Notes under the pieces: generated by a model
Databases searched by the model: none
What the model was told of the DNA's origin: nothing
Seen by the model: only the letters and a program-made list of their open reading frames with translations
Origin: Geosiphon pyriformis uo1
Taxonomy: Eukaryota; Fungi; Glomeromycota
NCBI GenBank assembly: GCA_016748015.1
Contig: JAAOMT010000009.1
Location: 142,459-206,458 of the forward strand
DNA: 64,000 nt
Direction: 5' to 3'
Position numbers and translations under genes: made by a program
Shown here: positions 37,716 to 51,089 of the stretch, in pieces
How the letters are laid out: each line of letters starts with the position of its first letter
How positions within the stretch are numbered: the first letter of the stretch is position 1

Positions 37716-38602
37716 TGTAACAACCTGTTACATGAAACAACCTCGAAAATAGCTTCAATTAGGATCGGAAATTTTATTAAATTTTAAAAAAATAACATGT
37801 AATAATGATGTGTATTATTTATTTTTATTGGACAAATTAAAGTTGGATCATTAATTTCACTAGAAATAAAATTCCAGGATTCCTTTCAAAGAAATTGCAG
37901 GATTTCAGAAATTCCAGGATTTCTGGGATGAAGAATCAAAGAATTAAGGAATCTCAATTATGTATATATAGCAGTAGTGTTAAAAATAGAAAAGACAGAC
38001 CTTTCAGTTTAGATTTGATCTAAGCAACCTTTCCATATACCAATATCAATAAATAATTATTCACTATCTCAATCTATTCTCTACTATCAACATTTCATAT
38101 TGATAGTAATTGATACTTAATCACACTAAAACAATAGCTTTTGATCATGACTATTGATAAGATACTAACTTGTAAATGTCTTGGCTTATTTTCTTCATTT
38201 TTTCTTTATTTTCTTTTACTTTCTTTTTTTTCTTGTTTTTTAATTGTTGTGTACTAATTGATTACAGAATTAAAGTGCTGAGTTATTGACATTACAGATA
38301 GCCTTGTAAAAGACCCAGAAATAAGAATAATATTATATATATATATTATTGGATAGTTTACCAAAAAAGCACAACTGTCAGAATAAATTCAGCCATCAAG
38401 CTGAAAAAAAAATTGGACAGAATTGCAATTTCACAAAACTACTACAATCATTACTAAATCTCTGTCCATTATACAAAAAACTTTACCAAAACTTTCAGAT
38501 CACGAAAACCTTCAGAAACCAATATCATCATCATTATATCAATTAAGCACCAAGTTACAGATTTGTTATTTGATTTGAGATCCCAAATAATTACTTGTAA
38601 CA
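37716..38602 (+). mobile_element. Solo LTR, 887 bp, related to the LTR at 42933-43700
   Basis: TG...CA ends; 4-bp TSD TAGT on both sides; 37955-38602 is colinear with 43102-43700; no PBS follows. Confidence 0.8.
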
Positions 38603-40734
38603 ATAGTTTTCTTCTTTTTTCAGTAAGAGACTTATAATATTTGGTTTTTGGACATCCTTTATATCATAATACTAATAGATTTTCAACTTGCTCAAGCTTA
38701 TTTTTTTTATTGGCATTATCAACTTAATTGTTCTTCAGAACTTAATCTTGATTTTGAAGTGTAGACACCACTTTTTTATATTGGCCAATAAATTGCTTTA
38801 ATTATATTATTATCTTATTATAATTGTTATATTTAATAGTAAGCTAAACAATTTGTCATGTAAGTCTTTACACTTCATCATATTTTTGTTTTTTCTGTGC
38901 TATAAGATATAAAACATTGGTAATAGTCTTAAGTACAGTTAAAAAATTTGGAATTATAATTTTATTAGAAAAATTTTTTGCAGTTTCTTGATTCACAAAG
39001 CAAAAAGCTTTAATGACTAAATTATTGTCTTTTTTTTATTAGTATACTATTACAAAGATATTATTTAAATATAAAACTCTGCAATTTTTGAATATAGCAT
39101 TACTTAAAAATAATGATAATAAACAATACTACAAAATATATTAGACAAGTATAAACAAAGATAAAAAACAAAATTAATAATTATAATAAAATATAAATAT
39201 TTGCTGTTTTCTGGTTATAGATTTGTAATCTTTCATACTTTTTTGATGTTTTTTTTATTGACTTCAGCAATTATTAATTTTAATAAGATTTGTTTTATGT
39301 CATATAGATTCTCAATAAAATTACTTATTATATTAGGACTGAAATCCTAAATATCAAAATATTGTTAGATAAATAACTTGAAAAAATATACTAAGAAATA
39401 AATTTTTTTACCTTATTATAAGTATTGATATTTAATGATAATTGACTTATAATAAAATATAAACATTATGTTATTTCTAAATATTTTATAAATAAAATAT
39501 GAAACATAAGGTATTGAGTTATTTGTTTGTCAATTTCAAAAAAGAGATTATAGCCAACTGACATAATTCTTATATAAGATGAGAATATATAATATTTAAA
39601 AAAACAATTTTATTCTGTTTTACTTTTAAGTTTTGTGTTTAATATATTAACAAGATTATATAAACTGTTATTTGCTAAAAACATATATTTAATAATATTG
39701 TTGAGATCTTTAATACAAAAAATAATTTGAGTTTTTGTAGTAAATATTTTTGATGTGAATATACAGGCTCATATTTATTAACTGAGATAAAAAGCTCTTA
39801 TAAGATAATCTTTAATATTAATATATATTTTAATAAGTTGTAATTATTATTCATAAAAATTTTTTTTACATAAATTATTATAACATAAAAAAAATTATAA
39901 ACAAAGCTTTCATATTAATTATAAAGCTTTAACTTAAAATTCTTTGATAAGTTTTTATTAATGTAAAAAATACAATGAATTTGATAGATTGTTTCATATA
40001 CTTAAGCAACTGTTGCATTTGCTATAAAATTAGCATTGGTAATAAATACTAATAATTCTGTTATTGTTGCTTTTTTCATGTATTTTAAAATCTATTTATA
40101 TAATTTAGCAGTTTTATTTAATATAAAAGCTTGTGTAATAAGACAAGATCTTGTATTATTGTCTATAATAATAATAAAAAAGTAGTATCTAATAGTAATT
40201 GGTTTTTATTATATTATTATTTAGAACAATATTATAGTACTTTAACCAAAAAACAACTTATACAGAAAACATTCAAAATACATAAGTAAGCCAATTTTAA
40301 ACTCTATAATTCATTCAAGATTATTTGATTTGTGATTTATAAAAGTTGTTAACAAGTAAAATATATTGTGTTTTTTTTATTGTTATGAATTTTAAATCTT
40401 TGTATTGCATTTATAAAATCACAATCGAAAATAAATGCTGTTGAAGATTTCACTTTTAATAATTTTTTTTGAATAATAATTAATAGATTTATATATTTCA
40501 TAAAAAATCAGATCTCTTAAAGAATGTTATTTGAAATTTTTTAATATGTTAAAACATATTTTCTAGTATTAAGATATAATAGATAATTGTATATATTATC
40601 AAGAGTAGTAAGAGTTATTTTGCATGAGTTTTTAGTGCAATTAATATTAATATACCAATTATATTCTTAATATTTTAATTTAGTATTCTGATAATTTTGA
40701 ATGTTAATCTTTTTTTTTGATTTATATTAGCCAT

Positions 40735-42932
40735 TGTTACCAGTAGAATTTTAGCTAGTAATTAACATAAAATTACCCTTATAATTTTTATTATTAATTA
40801 GCATATAGTATTATTATTTCAATTATTACTTATTAATTAATCAAATTATTAAATATTATTATTTAAGTAATAACTCAATTTGTATTATAGAAATTAAAAT
40901 GATCAAATTACACAATACCTTAAATTATTTAACATTTAAGAATTTGTCGAAATTTGTAGAAATTTACTGAAATAATAGATAATTTTCCAAAATAGTTAAT
41001 AATTCATTAAAATAACTTGTAGTTTGCTAAAATATATCTTTAGTTTATTGAAATTATAGCAAAAAAAAAGTTTAAATTCATAAATTAGTATTATAACAAA
41101 AAAGCTTATTACTTCAAAAAAATGTATCTTACTTTAGATATCTTAATTAGAATTAATTATTTCTTACATACTTTTACAAAATAAAATAAAAATCAAATAT
41201 TTAAAAACTTATAAAATCTTTAAATTATTTTTTTTAAAATTTCTGAAATTTAATTAACATTTTGAAATTAAATAACTACCAATTTTAGTAATCTGTTAGT
41301 GATTTCAGGTCTAAATAGAAAATGATTTCTTTGACAAAAATCTATTTTTTTTGTATTTTTTTTATTTTTTTTATTATAATTATTAGAGTAGCCTGCAAAC
41401 AAGATTTCTGTAAAAAAGTTGACTTTTACAAGCAAAATAACTACATATTTTAGTGAGTTTTCAAACAAGCAATTTTTAGGAAAAAGTTAACATTTACTAC
41501 AATATAACTATACAAAGTAACTGGTATGGAATTGGCTATTCCACTTATAAGCCCAACAGTTTAAATTAAAGAAGATAATTTAAAGATAAATTCAGTTATT
41601 AAAAGTTCACTAGCTTCTAGAAAATGTGAATTCACAGCAAACAGATATTAACAACATTTGAAAAAAGAAACCAAAAATCTTTAATAATATTTGATGCTCT
41701 TCTATAGAAATAATACAACATTAACAACTTCAAAATGGCAACCACAATTAACACAACAACTCTAAAGTATTATCAGTCAATTTACACTTATTACAAACAA
41801 AGATTTAACATTCAAGATGGAATTGAAATTTTCAAGAAAACATTATACCAATACATTGAAAATCACATTAACAATTATCTTTTTAGAAACTACAATGTTT
41901 CAGAAGTTAGAAGCAATCTTTACAAAAATCTATTACACTATTCTTACTTGAGAATAAAAGACCTTAACAATAAAACACTTGATACTTACTTCCATAAACT
42001 CAACTTTAATATTATTCAATATTGTAAAAAAAAAATACCCAGTATAGTCCAAATATTTTTTTGACTTTAAATTAGAACCAGAAAATAGCAATAGCAGAAA
42101 ACAGAAAAAAAAAACACTTTAAGTTAGCCATACAATTCACAATACACTAAAAACAACTTCTAAACACTTGCAAATACCCAAACAAGAAATTAGTATCAAA
42201 TTACCACTTTCTATTACATTATTTTCAATTTTACTTGTTCAACTGCAAACTTTCAATTCATTTTTTATCCAATTTTTGAGATCAGAAGATTTCACTTTAC
42301 CAAAAAATTCTACTCAACAACCAAAATCAATTTTTACTAGTATTAATCTTCTTGATTTTCTAACAGAAAACCAAAGTAATCATTCTGATAACAATAAAAG
42401 CACTTCTAAATTCACAAAGGAAGAAACTACTGAAAACAAAAATATAGAAGACATGGCAACTACATACATTGCAAAAATTACTGAATTTATAAAAAAAAAT
42501 GCTAACACCAGTCTACAAAAATGGCTTGACAAAATCCAGAAAGCAAAAAATACAAATAGATGAAATGCTGTAAAAATGCTTAAAGCTATTTCTTATTTTT
42601 TTTAAAAAACTGCAAGTAAATGGTTTAAAAACCTAACTAAACCCTTTGAAAACTAACAAACATTTAAAAATGCTTTTCTAGAACAATTTATTAACAACAA
42701 CACCTCTATCACTTTCCAAAATCACTTTTGCAATATTAAACAAAAAACATCCAAAACTGTTATAACTTATTTTAAGAAGTTTAATAAACTTCTTAAATGG
42801 ATTTGACAATTGAAAACCAATGACTACTATTTTAATATCCAGATTTTGAATTGGTTTATTGCAGAATTAAAAGATAAATTAATTAAAAAAGTTTGCTTTC
42901 ATGCTTTAGTAGACTTAGCTATAGTTATATAA
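40735..42932 (+). mobile_element. Old, AT-eroded LTR element D (same family as element B): 5' LTR 40735-41689, decayed PBS, gag remnant, interrupted by element A
   Basis: Colinear with 44695-46930; ORF 41735-42064 is homologous to ORF 45678-46262; PBS TGGTGCTC has decayed to TGATGCTC. Confidence 0.8.
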
Positions 42933-44694
42933 TGATACTCATAAAAAAAAAATATATATAGAAAATAGCAGACCAATAAGAGAATAGTATTTAGCACATG
43001 AGCACATTGCTCAGTAATGTGAAGCAATGTCAGAAATCATGGCACATTGCTCAAGAAATCATAGCACATCACTCGGAAATGTGAGCGATCTCATAGAACA
43101 TCAATTATGTATATATAGTGATAGCATTAGAAGTAGAAAAGAACAGAATCTTTTAGTTAGAAATCTCTTATTTACAAATATTGAATAAATAAATTATTTA
43201 CCATCCAAATTCACTTTTTACTATCAACACTCCATGTTAATAGCAATTGATACTTAATCATATTAGAACAATAGCTCTTGATCATGGCTATTAATAGATA
43301 ATAACTTGCATATTGTCTTGGTTTATTTTTTTATTTTATTTTTCTTTTTTTTTCTTTTTTATTTTGTTATTACTAACTTTATTGAGGATTAATGTGCAGG
43401 GTACTGACATCAGGATATAGCACTGGTAAAAGACCCAAGAATAAGAGTAGGACACTCGATTGAGAATAGCTTACCAGGAGAAATACTGGCCATCAAGCTG
43501 AGAAAGAAATTGACAAAACTGTGGTTTCGAGAAGCTATGGATAAAACTATTACCACTAAATCTCTGTTCATTATACAAAAGACTCAACCAACATCTTCAA
43601 ATAAACACATCTTCAGATATTACCAACAACATTATATCAATTGAGCACCAAATTACAGGTTTGTTATTTGTTTTGAGACCCCAAGTAATCACCTGTAACA
43701 TTTGGTGCTCTTTGTAAGGTATAATTTTACAGAGAACCAGTACCAACAAATAAATCAACAGTGGCAGAATCAAAAAATATAGGAGCAAACCATTTAGGAT
43801 TCACAAAATTCTTATTTCAACAATACTGTCAACACTTGGGATTAACCCCAAATCACATATTAATAGGATTAGTCTTCAACTTTTATGTCAATGAAAGAAT
43901 TGCCTACTTATTAGGAACAGCAACAAATATTGAATCAACAAAAGAAACTTTTTACAATGAATTAATCCAAAACAGCAGCTTACTAACAAACTATAATTTC
44001 GCATTCATTATTACTGAGATTAATAAAAAAATTAAACATCATACATAAAAGAGATATCTAATTACCTATACAAATAAAGGCAAAAGAAAACTACAAACAC
44101 CAGCAGTAACACTCCAACATATCCAACCACTCACTTGGAAGAAACACAAAATTGAATTACCTACAAATCCATCATACTATTATATTTTTGGAAGCACCAT
44201 CAATATCACAGCAGTAGACATGTCTATATTAAACATGACATCAACATTTGGACGATTTTCATTTCAAAGTAAACAAAGGAAAAAAAACTTATTAGGACCA
44301 TATAGTGCATATTTTGAAGAATTTAAATCATGATTGCCAACACCATCAGGATTGTGATCACTGCCACCTTAACCAGATTTTGGAACTGCGAGTCCTTGGG
44401 AAGTTACCGAATCGGAAGGAGAACAAAAAGAAAAGAAAGAAGAATCTGAAGATCAGGAATTTACTTACCAAAACCTGATCCCAGAAAATCCAGAATTTGA
44501 AACCCCAAATGTTCAAACTCCATAACATCTAAATCTAAAAAATCCAGAAATTGAAACTCCAAATTTTCAAACATAGCACAATCAGAATAATCAAAACCCT
44601 GACATTAATAATCAACAACACTTATCTTCAGTAATTGTGATTAATCCACCACCAGCTCCACCAAATACTAAACAACAACAACAGCCACAACTGT

Positions 44695-45676
44695 TGTTAC
44701 CAGACGAAATTAGAGACATTGTTTAACATGAAATTACCCTTATAAATCTTATTATTAATTAGTATATATTATCGTTTCAAATTATCACTTATTACATTAG
44801 TAAAATATCTGAAATTATTATTTAATTAATAACCCAATTTGTACATAACACAAATGTAACCTAATTGTGATGATCAATCATGCAATACCCCAAACTATGT
44901 AACATTCAAAAAGTTCACCAAAATTTGTAAGAAATTCACTGAAATAATTGATAATTCATCGAAATATCTAATAGTTCGCAGAAATAACTTGTAGTTTGCT
45001 GAAATGTATCTTTAGTTTAGCAAAATTATAGAAAATAGCAAAGTTCAAGTTCATAGAATAGTGTTATGACAAGTTGTATAAAAAAAAAGCTTCTTTTTTT
45101 GAGGAAATGTATCTTACTTGAGATTTATCACTTAGAACCATTCCTATACACACAAAAAAAAATAAATATCAAATAATTTGAAAAACCAAACTCTTTAAAT
45201 TATTGCACTTGGAAAATCCTCAAAACCCAACTAATGTTTTGAAATTGATTAGCTACCAATTTCAGTAAACTGTTAGTAACTCTAGGCCTGGATAGAAAAC
45301 GTTTCTCTTGACAGAAGTCTATTTCTTTTACATTTCTTTTATTTTTCTTTTCTTTTTTTATTACAATCATTAGGGTAGCCTACAGACAAGATTCCTGTAG
45401 AAGAGTTGACTTTCACAGCAAAATAACTACACATTTTTAGTGAGCTTCCAGACAAGCAATTCCTAGGAAAGAGTTGATGTTTACTACAACGTAACTACAT
45501 AAAGTAACTGGCACGAAATTGGCCATTCCACTTATAAGCCCAGCAGTTTAAATTATAGGAGATAATTTGAAGATAAATTCAGTTACTGGAGGTCCAACTA
45601 CTTCCTAGAAACGTAAATTCACAACAAATCAACATTAACAAAATTCGAGAAAAGAGACCAAAAACCTCCAGTAACA
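44695..45676 (+). repeat. 5' LTR of element B
   Basis: Direct repeat of 50128-51089. Confidence 0.93.
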
Positions 45677-45677
45677 T

Positions 45678-48600
45678 TTGGTGCTCTTCCACAGAAATAA
45701 CACAGCAACAACAAAATTCAAAGTGGCAATCACACCAGACACAACAACTCTAGAGTATTACCAGTCAATTTACACTCACTGCAAGCAAAGATTCAACATT
45801 TTAGACAGAATTGAAGTTGTCAAGAAATCAGTATACCAATACATTAAAAACTGTATCAACAATTATCTTTTTGGAAATTACAATATCTCAGAAGTTAGAA
45901 GCAACCTTTACAATAATTTAGCACACTATTCACAATTGGGAACTAAAGACCTTAACAGCAAAACACTTGCCACTTACTTTTATGAACTTAATTTTAACAT
46001 TATCAAATACTATGAAGAAACATATCTAGTGCAGTCTCAATACTCTATTGATTTTGAATCGGAAACAGAAACAAGCAACAAAGGCAAAAACAAATTGAAG
46101 CAATACTCAAAAACCACCCCAAATACTCCAACCCTACCAAAAACAACTGCCAAACATTTACAAACACCTGAACAAGGAACCAGTTCAAAACTTCTACTTA
46201 CTATTACACTTTTTCCAGCTTCACTTGCACAAGCACAAATGCCTAATTCACCCTTGAATTGATTTGCAAGACCAGAAGATTTTACATCACTCAGAAGTCT
46301 TATCAGACAACAAGAACCCTTTCAAACTAGTTCCAATCTCCTTGACTTTCTAGCTGAAAATCAAAGTGAACACTCCAAGACAGCAGTGAACAAAGAAAAC
46401 AACCCTGAAATATCTGAAGAAGAATCAATAGACAGTGAAAATGAAGAAGACAAAATAACAACATACATCACAAAAATCTCTGAATTTAATGGAGAAAACA
46501 TTGAGACCAGTCTCCAAGAATGGCTCAACCAAGTTACTAAAGCTGGAGATGCAAATAAATGGAATGCTGTCAGAATGTTAAGAACAATTCCCTACTTTCT
46601 CAAAGAAACAGCAGGAGAATGGTTTGAAAACTTGGCTGTCCCATTCAATGATTGGAACACTTTCAAAGCAGCCTTCCTTGAACAGTTCACCAACAATAAT
46701 ACCTCCATTACCCTTTGCAATTATTTTCGAAATATCAAACAAGAACCCTCCAAATTTGTTATGACTTATATTGGAAAATTCAACAAACTTCTCCGACGAA
46801 TTCGCCAACTCAAAACAAACAATTATTATTCTGATGCTCAAATCTTGGATCAATTTATTGCTGGTCTAAAAGATAAACTAATTAAAAAAGTTTGCCCACA
46901 TGCGCCAAAAGATTTAAACTCTGCCATACAGCATGCGAAAAGATATGAAATGGCCATGGAAGAGGCCAATCGCACAAAACTTGTAAATTTGGCAATTAGA
47001 GAAACCAGCTCAGCAACTGAAAAAAAAATTGACCAACTCACAAAGAAGGTTGAAAACTATTTCACCAATCAACAACAACAGCAACCCCAAAGATATTAAC
47101 CATTCTAAAGATGAAATCAAAATAACTTTGCACTACTTTCTAATAACCAGCCTCAGAATTGTCATTACTGTGGAATCTCTGGTCACTGGAAAAGAGATTG
47201 CAGAAAGCTACAACAAAACCAACAAAATAGGAGTAATCAATGTTACCCTCCATCACAGCAATCTTATTATCAACTACCACCACCAGCTTACTATTCACCA
47301 AGACCCTAATACCAAAATAACTATTATCAGCCCACCCCACGGCCAATTCAATAGCAATACCAACAACCACCCACACAACATTATTAAGTACCTGCTTAAA
47401 GACTGATTACACAAAATCAATTTACACCACAAAACTAATACCAAGTAAACAACAATAGAATCAGTTTGAACAACCAATTGGTTTTCCGAAATTCCACTCA
47501 ATCAAGACCCAACCACTACCACACTCAACCCAGTTATTTAACAATGCCAGAAGAACAGAATTTTTACCATATTGCACTCTCGGAAAGTAGAGCTGCAGCA
47601 CAACAACAAAACCCTTCCTATACTCCCACCACAATCCCACCAGCCAGAATTGCTGAAAACGCTAACCTTTCAGATATATTTCCTTTTGAGTTTGAAGCAA
47701 ATGAGTCACCATTCCTGCTTAGCAATGCAGCCACCAATGAACAAAAAGCAATCATGGCTATATACACTGAAGCAAAAGTCGAAGGAAAGACAATTCACTT
47801 GATCCTAGACAGTGGATCTGCCAGAAGCATTATCACCTACTAGTTAATGCAACAGTTGAAAAGAAATGTCGACTGACCAGCTCAAACAGTAATCGTTACT
47901 GCCAATGGCATGAAAAAGACTCCAGTAGGAGAAATTGACAATTTTCCATTCACTCTTGATGGAATCACCATTCCAGTCAAAGTTTTTGTAATGGATGCAC
48001 CCCAGTACTAAGCTCTTGTCAAAAATGATTGGCTTCAAAAAGCCAATGCTAATCTGAATTGGGAAACACAAGAGTTAACAATCTCTTACCAAGGACAACA
48101 CATCTGGGTACCTGCCACTTGTGGTATATTCAATAAATGCTCTGAAAAAGTCCCAGCTTTTGAATTTGAACCGGAAGAGGAAAAACCCCTTATTGAAACA
48201 TTCATAGCTCTTGAATCAATGTCCAACTGGGCTGATGAAACAGAACAAGAACATTTTACCCCACACTCTGAACCCAAAACCTCTGGATGGAATATCTCTT
48301 ACTCAAAACCTGAACCAAGGAAACAACGCCCCTATATTCCCCTTAAATGTAAAGACTACCACAAAAAACTATCGTCAATGGGAGCCTGCATTTCACCTGA
48401 AGAAGAATATGAAAATCATACTTGTTATTACTGCAAGGCTTGCTACAGAGAACGATGGGGCCATCTAATAAAAAAAAGTGGAAAATAGGACAACACCCCT
48501 TGTTTAACTTGTGGAGATATGTTACCAGAAGAATGTAATTGGATTGATATAGCAATGAAAAGAGGAGTCTGTAATCAGACCTGCCAATATGCTTTATCAA

Positions 48601-50093
48601 TTTCAGAAAAAGTCAAAAGAAGAACACCTTTTGATGCAGCATATAACAGTGCTCTCAACAAACTTTATCACTACCTCCATGATGCTGAGATGATTTTCGA
48701 CTTAGCAATGGCATTAATTAATGGAGCTACCAAAGAAGATGTTTGTCAAATAAAGGAAGCAGAATACATTGAATACACCATAGAATTAGCTAGATTTGAT
48801 TACGAAGACGAAGTAGAAGTCTACCACCAAATTGCAAGTCACACCTACCCAACCCAAGAAGCTCAAATTCAATAATTAAAGCAAATGAACATTAGGCTAT
48901 ATAAAGAATGCATTATGCCTTGTGATGAACAGTGGTGTCCTGAATGCTATGCTCTTAGCATCTCCTTGCCCAGCAAAAGTGATGAGAACGAAATTGAATT
49001 TGGAAAACCTGAAGCCATGGAAAAAATTGAAACAACACCCATCTATTTTATTGAAAATCAGCCTGTTTTACAACTCAAATACTTCAACAACAACGGGCAA
49101 GGAATAAAACCTGAAAAAGCACACAAAATTGATGCTGGATATGACCTAAAATATTCAGATAAGGATACTCTTGTTCTCCAACTCAAATCTCTCACAAAAA
49201 TTAACCTCAAAATTGCACTCAAAATCCCACCAGGAGCAATGATTCAAATCGCCTCCCAGTCCTCTCTGGCAAGCAAAAGAATCAATGTCAGAGGAAGAAT
49301 AATCGATGCTGGATATACTGGAGATATTACAGTGATGCTTCAAAACAAAACTGACAAACCATTCAAGATTGAACATGCTGAAAAAATTGTCCAAGCTATT
49401 TACCTACCCCTAATCAACATTTCGGGTTTGCAACTAGTCAATCAAAGAGAACAATTAGGAAAAAGCGATAGAAGAACCCAAGGTTTTGGTTCAACTGGAC
49501 GATTCACAGTTCCAGTTAATATAGCTCTTAATACACAGAATGAATTTCACCAGATTTTCAAACTTTCACAACCAATTACCATTTCACCCTTTGGAGAACA
49601 TCTGGAAATCTACACTTGTCCAAAGCCAACAACCACACAACAAATTTTTGAGTCCAATGAACAAGTCTGCTTGGAACATAATATTTCGATCCCAAACATT
49701 TATATTCCAGAAGGAACAAAAAAAATCTGAGTTACTTTTTACAACCCCAATAATTACCCCCCAATATATAGATATTTCTATATTAGAAAAACACTTCATG
49801 AGCAAAAACTAGAGCTTACAGCAGCAAACCTCACAAAAAAAGCTATTCAAAAACAACTTCACAATGAATTCAAGACAACAGCTGGACCTACAAACAGTCA
49901 TTATAAACTAAGAGCTGCTCTTAGACTTTATGACCTATTTCACACCTGTGAAAATGTCCTACAAAACCCAATTTTACAGCCTTTGAAGATTCAATACATT
50001 GGAAAGCTCACAGAACTGAAATTTCAACAATTTTCAGACCAAATTTTTTCAATAATTTTGGATTACTATCTGGAAATTACAGACAGTACTTGA
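45678..50093 (+). pseudogene. Element B polyprotein interrupted by point-mutation stops
   Basis: Retrotransposon capsid (46386-47099), Zn knuckle CHYCGISGHWKRDC, protease LILDSGSA, Cys-rich region, dUTPase (DAGYDL..IIDAGYTG..GFGSTG, about 49070-49500) and an in-frame C-terminal domain ending at TGA 50091-50093. Confidence 0.85.
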
Positions 50094-50127
50094 ACTTTGA
50101 CAGAGCTCAGTCTTAAGGAAGAGGTTA

Positions 50128-51089
50128 TGTTACCAGACAAAATTAGAGACATTGTTTAACATGAAATTACTCTTATAAATCTTATCATTAATTAGCATAT
50201 ATTATTGTTTTAAATTATCATTTATTACATTAGTAAAATATCCGAAATTATCATTTAATTAATAACCCAATTTGTACATAACACAAATGTAATCTAATTG
50301 TAATGATCAATCATGCAATACCCCAAACTATGTAACATTCAAAAAGTTCACTGAAATTTATAAGAAATTTGCCAAAATATCTAATAGTTTGCAGAAATAA
50401 CTTGTAATTCACTGAAATGTATCTTTAGTTCAGCAAAATTATAGAAAATAGCAAAGTTCAAGTTCATAGAATAGTGTTATGACAAGTTGTATAAAAGAAG
50501 AGCTTTTCTCTTTGAAGAAATGTATCTTACTTGAGATTTATCACTTAAAACCATTCCTATACACACAAAAAAAAATAAATATCAAATAATTTGAAAAACC
50601 AAACTTTTTAAATTATTGCACTTGGAAAATCCTCAAAACCCAACTAACGTTTTGAAATTGATTAGCTACCAATTTCAGTAAACTGTTAGTGACTCCAGGC
50701 CTGGATAGAAAATATTTCTCTTGACAAAAGTCTATTTCTTTTATATTTCTTTTATTTTTCTTTTCTTTTTTTATTACAATCATTAGGGTAGCCTACAGAC
50801 AAGATTCCTGTAGAAGAGTTGACTTTCACAGCAAAGTAACTACACATTTTTAGTGAGCTTCCAGATGAACAATTCTTGGGAAAGAGTTGACATTTACTAC
50901 AATGTAACTACATAAAATAACTGGCACGGAATTGGCCATTCCACTTATAAGCCCAGCAGTTCAAATTATAGGAGATAATTTGAAGATAAATTCAGTTACT
51001 GGAGGTTCAACTACTTTCTAAAAACGTGAATTCACAACAAATCAACATTAACAAAATTCGAAAAAAGAGACCAAAAACCTCCAGTAACA
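50128..51089 (+). repeat. 3' LTR of element B
   Basis: Direct repeat of 44695-45676, 20 bp shorter. Confidence 0.93.

Larger units (their letters stand above)
44695..51089 (+). mobile_element. LTR element B, 6395 bp, non-autonomous (Gag-PR-Cys-rich-dUTPase-domain X; no RT/RH/IN)
   Basis: LTRs 44695-45676 and 50128-51089 (TGTTAC...GTAACA); PBS at 45679; PPT AAGGAAGAGG before the 3' LTR; 4-bp flanks CTGT/CCAT. Confidence 0.9.

Noticed and set aside
38603-40734. Possible LINE remnant
   Set aside because: No RT or endonuclease motif could be read with confidence.
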